Source of the DNA: Pseudomonadota bacterium
GTDB lineage: Bacteria > Pseudomonadota > Alphaproteobacteria > Caulobacterales > Caulobacteraceae
Direction: 5' to 3'
NCBI GenBank assembly: GCA_023432855.1
Contig: JAEZEZ010000019.1
Coordinates: 2,988 to 66,987, forward strand
Length of the DNA stretch: 64,000 bases
In this document: piece by piece, positions 25,885 to 36,000 of the stretch
Layout of the letters: the number at the start of each line of letters is the position of its first letter
Numbering within the stretch: the first letter of the stretch is position 1
The notes under the pieces: model-generated
Databases searched by the model: none
What the model saw: only the letters and a program-made list of their open reading frames with translations
Told to the model about the DNA's origin: nothing
Translations under genes and position numbers: made by a program

Positions 25885-27494
25885 GGGAACACCCCATGGA
25901 GCCACCAGCTCGGGGGGCGTTCGTCGTCTTCCCGGCCGTACAGTCCTTCCCGGAAAACCCAGTAGCGCCCCCCGGCTTCGTCCTCGATCTTGTAGTAATC
26001 GCGGGTGCGGGCCCTGCGCCCTTCTCTGGCGGATGGGCGCCACCACTCGGGCGACAGTCGCTCGGGCCCCGTGGACCGGGTGACCCGCCTCGTGACCCGC
26101 CGCCAGGTGAAGCGGGCCGGGGCTCCTTCGGGCAACTCCGCCAAGGCCTCGATCGGCTCGGGAGGGTGAAGCAATAGCAGGGGACGTTCAGGGTTTTGCG
26201 TCTCTTCGCCCTGGGGGAGATGATCCCCCGAGACGGCTGACCTGGTCCTCTTCCCGCTGCCGGGGGAAAGGATAAGAGACGGGCTTACGCCCTCGCTTCG
26301 TTCCGGCAGCCAGCTCTGACGAAGTTCGGGCTGTCCGACGGCCTTTTCGCCCAAACGAGCCGTAAGACGGTCGATCAGGGCAGTGCGAGCGGCGAGACCG
26401 GCCTGCCTGGCCTGAATCTCGCTGTCGGTCTGGACGGCCTGCAGCGGCTCCACCACCAGGGCGGAAACCATGAGGGCGTCTATGCCGAACCCCAGGTCGA
26501 GCCGTTCCCAGCCCTTCTCACGCAACAGACGGAGAATGTGCTCGGGACGCCGTGAAGGCGCGCCGAGAGCCGCCTCCAGAACCGTGGCCTGCCCGTCCAC
26601 ACGGAAGCCGACGACCGCTACCCGACGCGCGCCTTTTCCATCCCGTTCCAACGCGGCGCAGAGGTCGGAAACCAGCGCCGCCGCCTTCCCGGCGCACGCC
26701 TCCACCACTGTCACCGGCTCGGCGAAAAGCTGGTGAGCCCGATAAGCGGCGGGACGCTGTTCGGTTTTCAACGGCTCTCCCAGGTTTCCCAGGGCGCGAT
26801 CCAGCTGTCCCACCACCTCAAATCCTTCCGCGCCGCGGAAACGTCGGGCAAGCCCCGCCCGCGGAAGAGCGTAGAGGTCGCGGATACGGCGCAGGCCGAA
26901 ACGTCCGAGAAGGGTCACCGCACGGGACGAAAGGCGAAGGGCTTCCATGGGCAGATCAGCCAGAGCGGCCTTTTCCTCCCCCGCAGGCGCAATCGGATCC
27001 TGGCGGGCAGTGTAGCGGGCCAACGCCCATGCCGCTCCCGGGGTGGAAGCCATCGCCGTCCTCGTGCGGATGCCTGCCCTGTCCAGCCGGATGCGGATAT
27101 CCGCCAGCATGGAAGCTTCGCCGCCCCAAAGGTGCGCCGCGCCGGTGACGTCGAGAAACAGGCCCTCCAACTCGGGACGGTCAGCATAGATGGCGACGGC
27201 CGGCGACCACCGCTCCGCCCAAAGGGCAAGTTTGACCAGAGCCTCATGATCCCGCTCGGGCTCCGCAGGCGCGGTGACCAGGACGGGGGCGATGGCGCAG
27301 GAGTCGGCGTGCGCTTGACCGTAGCGCAGCCCCAGCCGGCGAGCGGCGGGGTTCAGTCCGGACAGGGTTAGGCCGCGACTGGTCCGCTCCACCAGGGCGA
27401 AGGGAATGCCGTCATCCGGAAGCGACCGCCCGGGCTTTCTCGCCCAAACCGTCACTGGCCAGTCCTGCAACCAGATCGAGACGACCCGTCTCAT
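25881..27494 (-). CDS. imuB: ImuB, Y-family polymerase-like protein of the SOS mutagenesis cassette
   Basis: The internal ATG gives MRRVVSIWLQDWPVTVWARK, a typical ImuB N-terminus. The gene lies between imuA and dnaE2. Confidence 0.9.
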   Translation of the reverse strand: MRRVVSIWLQDWPVTVWARKPGRSLPDDGIPFALVERTSRGLTLSGLNPAARRLGLRYGQAHADSCAIAPVLVTAPAEPERDHEALVKLALWAERWSPAVAIYADRPELEGLFLDVTGAAHLWGGEASMLADIRIRLDRAGIRTRTAMASTPGAAWALARYTARQDPIAPAGEEKAALADLPMEALRLSSRAVTLLGRFGLRRIRDLYALPRAGLARRFRGAEGFEVVGQLDRALGNLGEPLKTEQRPAAYRAHQLFAEPVTVVEACAGKAAALVSDLCAALERDGKGARRVAVVGFRVDGQATVLEAALGAPSRRPEHILRLLREKGWERLDLGFGIDALMVSALVVEPLQAVQTDSEIQARQAGLAARTALIDRLTARLGEKAVGQPELRQSWLPERSEGVSPSLILSPGSGKRTRSAVSGDHLPQGEETQNPERPLLLLHPPEPIEALAELPEGAPARFTWRRVTRRVTRSTGPERLSPEWWRPSAREGRRARTRDYYKIEDEAGGRYWVFREGLYGREDDERPPSWWLHGVFP

Positions 27495-28161
27495 CGTTCC
27501 ACTCCAGATCCCATGCGCCCGGCGGCCCGTCCCGACGCCGCGCCAGTTGCGCCCGCCACCGCATCGCTCCCGAAGCGCGCGGGTCCCATGGGTGTGGGGC
27601 CGATGGGAGGGCGCCGACCCGCCACCGCCGGCGCGCCGCACTGAGAGGCCAGCTCGTTTCGGGGGAAACCCGCAACAACGCCGCCGTCGCTCCCGACGTA
27701 CGCGCAGCCATGTCCAGACGACGTGTCTGGGTGAGGGTGGCGTTTTCGACAGCGCCGATGGCAAGATCAGCGGCGTCCGATCGCAACACCTCCTCGAGCG
27801 CCCACAAGGCTTCGGTCTCGGTGCGGGTCCGCACGATCAGCAACTGTTCGGGAACAAGACCAAAACGCAGTACGCCTCGGGCCATCAGGCGGCCGCGCTC
27901 GCAACTCCAGGCGCGCGGAGCGACCATGACTACCAACCGTCCGCCGCCTTCTCCGACTCCGGCCAGCCTGGCCAGCCAGAAACCCAGGCCTGGGGCGATT
28001 TCCGCGCCGCCAGCTACCGTCGCCTCTTCCAGGCCCGGAGCGAGACGGAGGATTTGATCAGGCGCCTCCGCCGTTCGGGAGCCTGAAAAACTCCGGGCAA
28101 GCCCCTCCGACGACAGGGCAGAGCCTGTCGACTTGGCGGTAAGGGAAGGGCGCCGGGACAT
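27412..28161 (-). CDS. imuA: ImuA (SulA/RecA-fold-like) cell-division-inhibitor-like protein of the mutagenesis cassette
   Basis: It is the first gene of the cassette and lies immediately downstream of a GTTC-N7-GTTC SOS box. The start assigned at ATG 28159-28161 is uncertain. The 3-prime end overlaps the imuB start by 83 nt. Confidence 0.7.
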   Translation of the reverse strand: MSRRPSLTAKSTGSALSSEGLARSFSGSRTAEAPDQILRLAPGLEEATVAGGAEIAPGLGFWLARLAGVGEGGGRLVVMVAPRAWSCERGRLMARGVLRFGLVPEQLLIVRTRTETEALWALEEVLRSDAADLAIGAVENATLTQTRRLDMAARTSGATAALLRVSPETSWPLSAARRRWRVGALPSAPHPWDPRASGAMRWRAQLARRRDGPPGAWDLEWNDETGRLDLVAGLASDGLGEKARAVASG

Positions 28162-28163
28162 TG

Positions 28164-28178
28164 GTTCACTTTTTGTTC
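28164..28178 (-). promoter_or_regulatory. alphaproteobacterial LexA operator (SOS box, GTTC-N7-GTTC)
   Basis: GTTCACTTTTTGTTC is read directly at 28164-28178, which is GAAC-N7-GAAC on the imuA strand. It lies 2 nt upstream of the candidate imuA ATG. imuA-imuB-dnaE2 is a known LexA-regulated cassette. Confidence 0.75.
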
Positions 28179-28372
28179 TATACCTCGAAAGAGTCAACGC
28201 CCTCTCGCGCGAAGCCTTGAATCGCCCTCGACGGAAGTTCGGCTCCAGAGCCAAGCTTCGGACGAAACTGCGAAATTATGCCGCGGCTCGGCCGAACAAT
28301 GTTCGTTTTTCTCGACTCCCCGGTCGGGGAGTCCTAAGGGATTTGTCAGCCCAGAGGTGGGGGGAAGCCAAA

Positions 28373-30076
28373 ATGCGCGCATGGTGGGCAGGCGTGGGCC
28401 TGGCGTGTCTGACCGCCGGAGCCGCGGCGGCGCAAGATCCATTGACGCCCGCCGATCCGGCCGCCGCGCTGCCGCCGCCGCCGGAGCGCTCGGAAGATCT
28501 CGACCGCATGGTCCGAGAGTATCCGCCGGTCCCTGAGGGTCCGGGATCGGACCTCGGGTTCGTCGTCCAGGAAGTCACTTTTTCGGGGGTGACCGCGCTT
28601 GACCCGGTGAAGCTGCGCCCGGCGTGGGAGCATCTGCGCGGACGCCGCGCGACCCTGGCCGATCTACGCGCCGCCGCCGCGCGCGCGGAGGGCATCTACG
28701 CGGACGCCGGCTACCCGTTCGTGGCCGTCGTCGTTCCTCCGCAAGAGGTTCGCGATGGCCAGGTGCGTTTCGACGTGGTCGAGGGACGCATCAGCGACCT
28801 GACTGTGATCGGCGCCGATCCCGTCGCCCGACGCCAGGCGGCGGCGGCATTTGCGGGACTGACTACCCGGAGCCCGCTCTCGAGCACCGACGTCGAAAGC
28901 GCCTACGAACGTGCTCGCGAGATCCCCGGGCTTTCCATGTCCGGCGCCTTGCGTCGCGGCAGCGAAGCCGGCGGCATGGATCTGGTGATCCAGCCCCGAC
29001 GCAAAGGATGGCGCGCCTATCTCAACGTCAACAACCTGTTCTCCGAGCCGGTAGGCCCATGGGGCGCGCTGGTCGGCGCGGATTTCTACGGCGCTTCGCT
29101 CTACGGCGACCTGACCACCGTACAGCTGTATTCGACGTTCGATTCCCGAGAGCAGCAAGTGCTCAGATTGGGGCACCGGCGACGCCTGAACGCCGCGGGC
29201 ACCACGGTTGGTCTGTCCTACCTTCTGGCCAACTCGGAGCCTGGCGCCGTTGTCGCGCCCCTGGATCTCGCCACGGACGTGGAACTGTTCCGGGGTGAGG
29301 TCAGCCATCCTCTGCTCGCTCGCAGCTGGGGATCAGTGGTCATCGGCGCAGCGCTGGACTGGCAGGACCAGCAGACCGATGTGTTCTCTTCGATCCCCAT
29401 CACCGAAGATCGCACACGGGTCGCCAGCCTGCGGGTGTCCGCCCGCCGCCGCGGCGATCGATGGGGCGGGTCGGCCTGGATCGAAGGCCGCAAGGGTCTC
29501 GACATTGGCGGCGCCAGCCAGGCCGGCGACGCCCTCCTGTCACGCCTTGAAGGCGACCCCCAGGCGTTCGTGCTGCGTGGGGGCCTTGAAGCGGAAGCGC
29601 GCATCACGCGAGGATTCGGCGTCTACGGCCGAGCCGAGGGCCAATGGGCGGGCGAGGCTCTCCTCGCGCCTGAGGAATACAGCGTAGGAAACCTCACCAT
29701 CGGGCGAGGCTTCGACCCCGGCTCCGCCTTCGGAGACCGAGCCGCCGCGGTTTCTCTGGAAGCCCGGTGGGGGCCGTGGAGCCTGGTGAACGGCCGGGTG
29801 ACGGCCTCCCCGTTCATCTTCTTCGATGGGGTCAACTACTGGAATGAGGATTCCACGGGCGTCAGCGAACGCTGGGTCTCGTCCGCTGGCGGGGGCGTTC
29901 GCTTCGAAGCTCCGGGCGGCGGCCGGCTGGATGTGCTGTGGGCCAAACCGCTGCGCGCACCTCTGGGGCTCGGCGAGCCGGAGCCGAACGATCGCCTCCT
30001 CATCAATCTGACGGTCACACTCGACGACCTCGCCCGCCGCGCCTTTTCACGCACGCGTTCAGGAGCCAATCCATGA
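28373..30076 (+). CDS. two-partner secretion outer-membrane transporter (TpsB; ShlB/FhaC/HecB family, POTRA + beta-barrel)
   Basis: The ATG at 28373 has an upstream GGGGGAAG and gives signal peptide MRAWWAGVGLACLTAGAAAAQ. POTRA-like region FVVQEVTFSGVTALDP...VRFDVVEGRISDLTVIG. The C-terminal barrel ends in an aromatic-rich segment. The stop overlaps the tpsA ATG. Confidence 0.9.
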   Translation: MRAWWAGVGLACLTAGAAAAQDPLTPADPAAALPPPPERSEDLDRMVREYPPVPEGPGSDLGFVVQEVTFSGVTALDPVKLRPAWEHLRGRRATLADLRAAAARAEGIYADAGYPFVAVVVPPQEVRDGQVRFDVVEGRISDLTVIGADPVARRQAAAAFAGLTTRSPLSSTDVESAYERAREIPGLSMSGALRRGSEAGGMDLVIQPRRKGWRAYLNVNNLFSEPVGPWGALVGADFYGASLYGDLTTVQLYSTFDSREQQVLRLGHRRRLNAAGTTVGLSYLLANSEPGAVVAPLDLATDVELFRGEVSHPLLARSWGSVVIGAALDWQDQQTDVFSSIPITEDRTRVASLRVSARRRGDRWGGSAWIEGRKGLDIGGASQAGDALLSRLEGDPQAFVLRGGLEAEARITRGFGVYGRAEGQWAGEALLAPEEYSVGNLTIGRGFDPGSAFGDRAAAVSLEARWGPWSLVNGRVTASPFIFFDGVNYWNEDSTGVSERWVSSAGGGVRFEAPGGGRLDVLWAKPLRAPLGLGEPEPNDRLLINLTVTLDDLARRAFSRTRSGANP

Positions 30077-33000
30077 CCCGGTCGCCCGCCCTCAGTGGCC
30101 GCCGCAGCCGCCGCGCGGCCGGAGCCTCCGCCGCCGCGATCATCTGGTCCCTGGCCACCGCCGCCAACGCCCTGCCGACCGACCCCGTCATTGTCGGGAC
30201 CAGCGGCGGTCAGGGCCCGGGCGCTACATTCACGCCTAGCCAGGGAAACCTGACGGTCGACCAGTCGCACCAGCGCGTGGTCATCGACTGGGCGACCTTC
30301 AATATCTCCCAGGGCGAAACCGTCACCTTCAACCAGGGCGGCGTGGACTGGATCGCCTTCAACCGCGTCGATCCTTCCGCCTTCACCACGATTGACGGCA
30401 ATCTCAACGCCACGGGCGGCGTGTGGCTCTTCTCCCCCGGCGGCCTCCTGTTCGGCCCAAACGCCAGCGTCAACGTCGCCAGCTTCCTGGGGTCTACAGC
30501 GCAACTGCTCGATGCGGACCTGGCCGCTGCCCTGACCGCCGATACGCTGACCCTGTCGCCGCTCGCCGACCGCAACGGAGCAACGCTCGAGGTCCAGGCC
30601 GGGGCGGCGATCACCGCGACCGACGGTTATGTCGTGCTGCTGGGCGAGACGATTGTCCAGAACGGCTCTGTCGTCTCCAACAGCGACGCGGTCTGGTTCG
30701 GCGTGGCCGAAGGCGGTCAGGTCCAGATCGACTCGAACCCCGACGGCTCGACCCTGGTCGACGCGACAGTCTCGGCAGTCGCCGGGCGCGGCCGACCCAG
30801 CCTCACCCACGGCGGGATAACTACGGCGAACAGCTGGATCGGGATCGCTACCCCCGGAGCCGTTGAGTCGGGTTTCGAGACGGTCATCAACCTTACCGGG
30901 AGGCTCGAGGCTGACGGCGTGCGCTACGGCACGACCGAAGGCGTGGTCATCCTCACGGGCGCCGACGGGGTCATCGACGAGACCGCCGGAAGCGTGGTGA
31001 TCGACACGACCGCTGGCGAGATCGACTCGGAATACGACATCTACATCGTTGGCGGCGCCGTTCGTCTGGGCGAGATAAGCGGCGACAACATCCAGATCGA
31101 CGTTCTGGCCGACAGTCTGATCGAGATCGATCCTGCCGACCCCTACGGCATGTGGTCCACGCCCTACTCCGACATCAGCCTGCAGACGACCGGAACTGGC
31201 AGCCTCATCGATATTGGCGCGACGATCTACGCGGGGACCATCGCCGTCGACAGCGCCGGCGCGATCGTTGTCGAAGGCGCCGACATCGATGTTCGCAACT
31301 ATGTGCAGATCTCGCCCGGAGAGACGTCCATCTCCATGACGGCGGTGGACGATCTGACCATCTCTGGCGACAGCGTTCTGGACGCCCGGGAACAGGTCAT
31401 TCTTGAGGCGACCGGAGACGGCGTCATCAGCATGGGCGGCTGGATCCGCGGATCCGGCGTGACGCTCGACGGGGCGGGCGGCGTCGGGATCGGGGGATCC
31501 GGCATCAACAGCGCCGGGGCCATCACCATCCGTTCGGACACCTACGTCGACGTGCTGGCGGGACTTTTCGGCTACGACATCGACATCGAAACGACGGGAT
31601 CGGGATCGGGCATCTTCATCGACGCCTACCTGTCGGCTTCCACCATATCGATCGACGGAAGCGACTATGTGGTCCTTGGTGACGAAGCGTTCCTGAACGC
31701 TGGCTACAACGCCTATGGTTATTCGATCGACATCGCCGCAGCAGGCGACCTGACGCTCGACCTCGGAAGTTCGCTCTTCGCGCCCGGAGGCATTCATCTT
31801 CAAGGGGCCAACGTCGTCTCAAACGCTGACATCACCGGGATCGACATCTCGGTGGAGGCCACGGGCGACATTACGCTGTCGGCGAACATACTCGCCTATG
31901 GAGGGATTGCCGTTCTGAGCGATGCGCCCGGAACTGGCGCGGGCGACATCGTCCTCAACGGATCGATGAGCGCCCAGGGCGGCATCAGCATCGTCAATCA
32001 GAGCGACGGCGACGTCACCTTCACCTCGAACGCCGTCGTGGAAGCAACGGATCTCGGCTGCGGCTTCTCCTGCAAGGGAGACGGCGAAACCAGCCTGCTG
32101 GGAGCGGACGGCGACATCTACATCTACAGCGCCGGGCGGGTGATCACCGAGGCGGGTTCGGTGATCGAAGCGACGGGCGGCTACGGCGATGACGTCGGCC
32201 TCCTGACCATCGTCGCGGCCGGCGCCGATACCGCCGGAGGGGCGGCGGTCGATCTGTCCGGCTACATCGACGCCCGCACCGTCGACATTTCCACGACCCA
32301 GGGTTCCGTCAGGGTTCGGTCCGGGGAGATTTCCGTCTATGAGTACCTAAGACTCGACAGCGCAGCCGACCTCGTGATCGACGATGAGGCATCCGTTCGT
32401 GGCTTCGACGAAGTCAATCTGGCCGACATCTACCTGCTCGCCGATGGCGACATCCTGCTGGCCGGCGACATGCGGGGAGGCCAGATCGACATCCTGAGCA
32501 CGGGCGTGATGAGCCCGGGCGAAACGCTCATCAGCGTGTCCGGAGACATCCGCGCCTACTACGACCTGTCGGTCACCGCCTGGAATGGTGACATCGACAT
32601 CGGCGGCGATCTTTCCGCCCGCAGCATGGATATCGACGCAGGCTCGGATCTTCGCGTGCTGGCGACTGCGACTCTGAACGCTGCCGGCACCTATGGGGAA
32701 GGCTACGGACAAGTCTACGGCGGCGACATCGACCTGCGGGCGTCTGACACCCTGACGATCGCCTATGGAGCCCAGGTCACGGCAGACGGCAATGTGGAAC
32801 TCGCTACCCGCGAATTCGACAGCCTCCTCGACATTTCAGGTCTGGTCGTTGGCTACCACGTTGGCGTCTACGGAGCCGCCGACATCAATATATCGGGCGT
32901 CGTGGCGGGGTTCACTGGCGTCGCGATCCAGAGCCAGCTCGGAGACGGTGTGACGGATGCCGACATCGTCATTTCGGGTCTCTTGAGCGGCCCCGGCGGG

Positions 33001-36000
33001 GTCAGCATCAAGAACTACAATAACGGTGACGTGGTGCTGGAAAGCACGGCTGTCGTGTCCACCTACTACGACAGCGGCGAGTGCTACGAGGGGTGCGAGG
33101 TCGCCGGGAAACTCGGCGGTGAAACGGCGCTCTACGGTCTCGACGGGGACATCTACATCTACAGCGCGGGCTCGGTCATCACCGCCAGTGGCTCGCTGAT
33201 CGACGCCACCGGCGGTCTGGGCGCCGACGCCGGCCTGGTGACCATCGTCTCGACGGGCGCCGACGGAACGAACTCGGCGATCGATCTGTCTGGCGACATC
33301 GTGGCCGAGCGCCTCGACATGTCGACAACCCAGGGGTCGATCCGGCTGCGCGACGGCGAGATCACGGTCACCGAAGACCTCTACATCGACAGCGCCCTAC
33401 ACTTCATACAGGACGCGCCCTCCGTCATTAACGCCCTTCCCGGATCCTACACGGCGGCCACCTATATCCGGGCCGACGGCGACATGACCTTCGGCGGGAC
33501 TTTCGACGGCTATGAGGTCGAGATCGTCAGCACCGGCTCCGCGGTTCCGGGCGGCTCCACGATAGAGATCTCGGGGACCATCTTCGGAACGGACGTCGTC
33601 GAAATCCGCAACGCGAACGGAGACATCAACGTCGCGTCCACCGGCGTGATTCATTCAGGCCCAACCGAGGACAACCCCAACCCCTATATACTGCTGCAGG
33701 CGAACGGCACGGTCTCGACCGAGGCCGGGTCGCAGATCTACACCGATCCAGCCTACGACTTCGCAACGGTGGCCATCCGCTCGACCGCGACCGACGGTCT
33801 GGGCGTGGATCTGGCCGGCGACATCACCACCTCCGGCTTCATCATCGTCAGCTCCACTTATGACGCCGATGTCCAGATCACCGGCGGCACGCTGGATGCG
33901 GGCGAGGAGGTCTCCGTCAATAGCGGCGGCGCCGTGAACATCACAGGCGGCCTGATGACGGCGCGTCTGGTGCAGGTGCGGTCAGACCGTGACATGTTGC
34001 TAGCGGGCGATATCGAGGCCGACTACGCGCTTGCGTCCATCTATGGCGGCGAGAGCGGCGGCGTCGATGACTCCGTCATCCGCGTCGAGGGTGACATCTC
34101 CGCAGAGCAGTCAATTCAGATCCGGAACGAGGTTGGAGACGTCGAGATCGGCGCGACCGGTCGGCTTTACGGCCAGCTGGACGGCGCGGGCACCCTGGAC
34201 ACGGCAATCCTCATCGTCGGCGAACAGATCATCACCGAGGCGGGCTCCCTGATGCGGGCCGGCGCCCTCGCGGGGCCCGCTGTGGGAACGATCGAACTGC
34301 GCGCCGAGGGCGACGACGGCGCGGTAGCGGCGCTCGACCTCTCCGGCGACATCGACACCGAGGCACTCGTGCTAGACGCCGGCACGGGGGGCATGCACGT
34401 CCGTGACGGGCAGATTGACGTCATCAACACCTTCTACGGCGTTTTCGAGGGAGCCTTCGTCGTCGACGAGCCCGCCGTGATCACCAGCGAGACCTGGATC
34501 TCGGTCACGGCCGACGGCGGTGTGGTCATGGACGGGTCTATGTACTCGGCCGGCACCGTCACACTTTACTCACCCACGGCCTATGACGTCTCTGTCGGCG
34601 GTCTCGTTCAGGCGGCCGACGGCATCGTCCTGCGCAGCATCGGCGGAGACGTGGCCCTGACCGGGGACGCGCGGCTCCACGCGGACGCCGACGGCCTTTA
34701 CGGAGTGTCCGACGACATCACAATCGCCGCTGGCGGCAGCGTCACGACGGCGGCCGGGACGTCCATCCAGACTGGCCTCGATGGGGCTCCCACCGGCGAA
34801 GTCTATATCCAATCCGGCCTGGCCAGCCTCGGAGCCTTCGGCATCGACCTGTCCGGTGACATCACGGCGCAGCAGTTGACGCTGAGCGCCACCGGCTCGT
34901 CGATCCGTCTGCGAGATGGCGACATCGATGTCGTGGCGGCCCTAGCCATCGACTCGGTGGGCGACTTCCTGATGGACGCTCCGGCCACGATCACGTCAGG
35001 CGACGATGTCGATATCGAAGCCGCGGGCTCCCTGACCGTCGTCGGAACGATCACCGCCGCGGCCGACATCAGCCTGCTGAAGACCGGCGCGACGGGTGGC
35101 ATGACCGTGAACGGCGCCCTCTACGCTGGTGAGGATGTCTCGATCATCAACTCGGGTGGCGGCGACCTCATCCTGGGCGGGGCGACGATCGTCGCGGACG
35201 CGGACGGTGATGATCCCGGCTCGGACGTCTACATCTCCAGCCAGAATGCCGTGATTGCCCCAGGCGGCGGATCGATCCGCGTCGGCTCCACAGGCGCGCC
35301 GACCGGGGACGTGACCATCCTTGCGGCCGGAACGGACGCTGGAGGCTTCAACGCCATCGATCTGTCCATGGACATCGAGGCGATCAACCTGACCCTGACC
35401 GCGGCGAACGGCTCGATCCAGCTGGCCAGCGGCGACGTCCAGTTGAATGGAGATTTCGACGCGGCGGCAGGCGTGGACTTCCTCATGGAGGCGCCAGCTT
35501 CGCTGCAGGCCGCCGGGGACGTCACTGTCGAGGCGGCTCGTGCGATGGGGATCGAAGGGCAGATCGTCAGCCTGGGCGGCGTGAATGTCCAGCTCCAGGG
35601 CCCAGGCTCGCAGGACATCTCCATCGGCGGTGACATCGTCGCCGGCGGCGGGATCGATATCGAGAACGCGGGCGAAGGGGACGTCCTTCTTGCCGGAAGC
35701 CTGACAGCGGCTTCCCCGGCGGCTCCAGGCGGGTCGACGGCTTTGGCCGTGCCCGGCGGCGTCGAGATCACCAGCGGCGGAGCCGTGATTACGGCTGCTG
35801 GGTCTTCTATCCAGTCCGCGGACTTCGTGGCCATTTCGGCGGGCGGGACGGACTCCGGCGGCTTCAGTGCGATCGACCTGTCGGGCGACATCGTCACCGG
35901 TTCGCTCGAGCTCACCGCTGGTTCGGGCTCCATCCGGCTGCGCGACGGCGACATCGCCGTGAGCGACCCCCTGACCATCGCCACTGGCCTCGACTTCCTC

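Noticed and set aside
28162-28254. Longer imuA start at ATG 28254 (MALEPNFRRG...).
   Set aside because: It would place the SOS operator inside the coding sequence, and the extra 31 residues are basic junk. The shorter start at 28161 is preferred, though itself uncertain.
28293-28305. CGAACAATGTTCG palindrome as a second (Cheo-box-like) LexA operator.
   Set aside because: The Gram-positive-type box needs GAAC-N4-GTTC, whereas this one has N3. Alphaproteobacterial LexA uses the direct repeat GTTC-N7-GTTC. It is kept only as an unexplained palindrome in the finding on the intergenic region.
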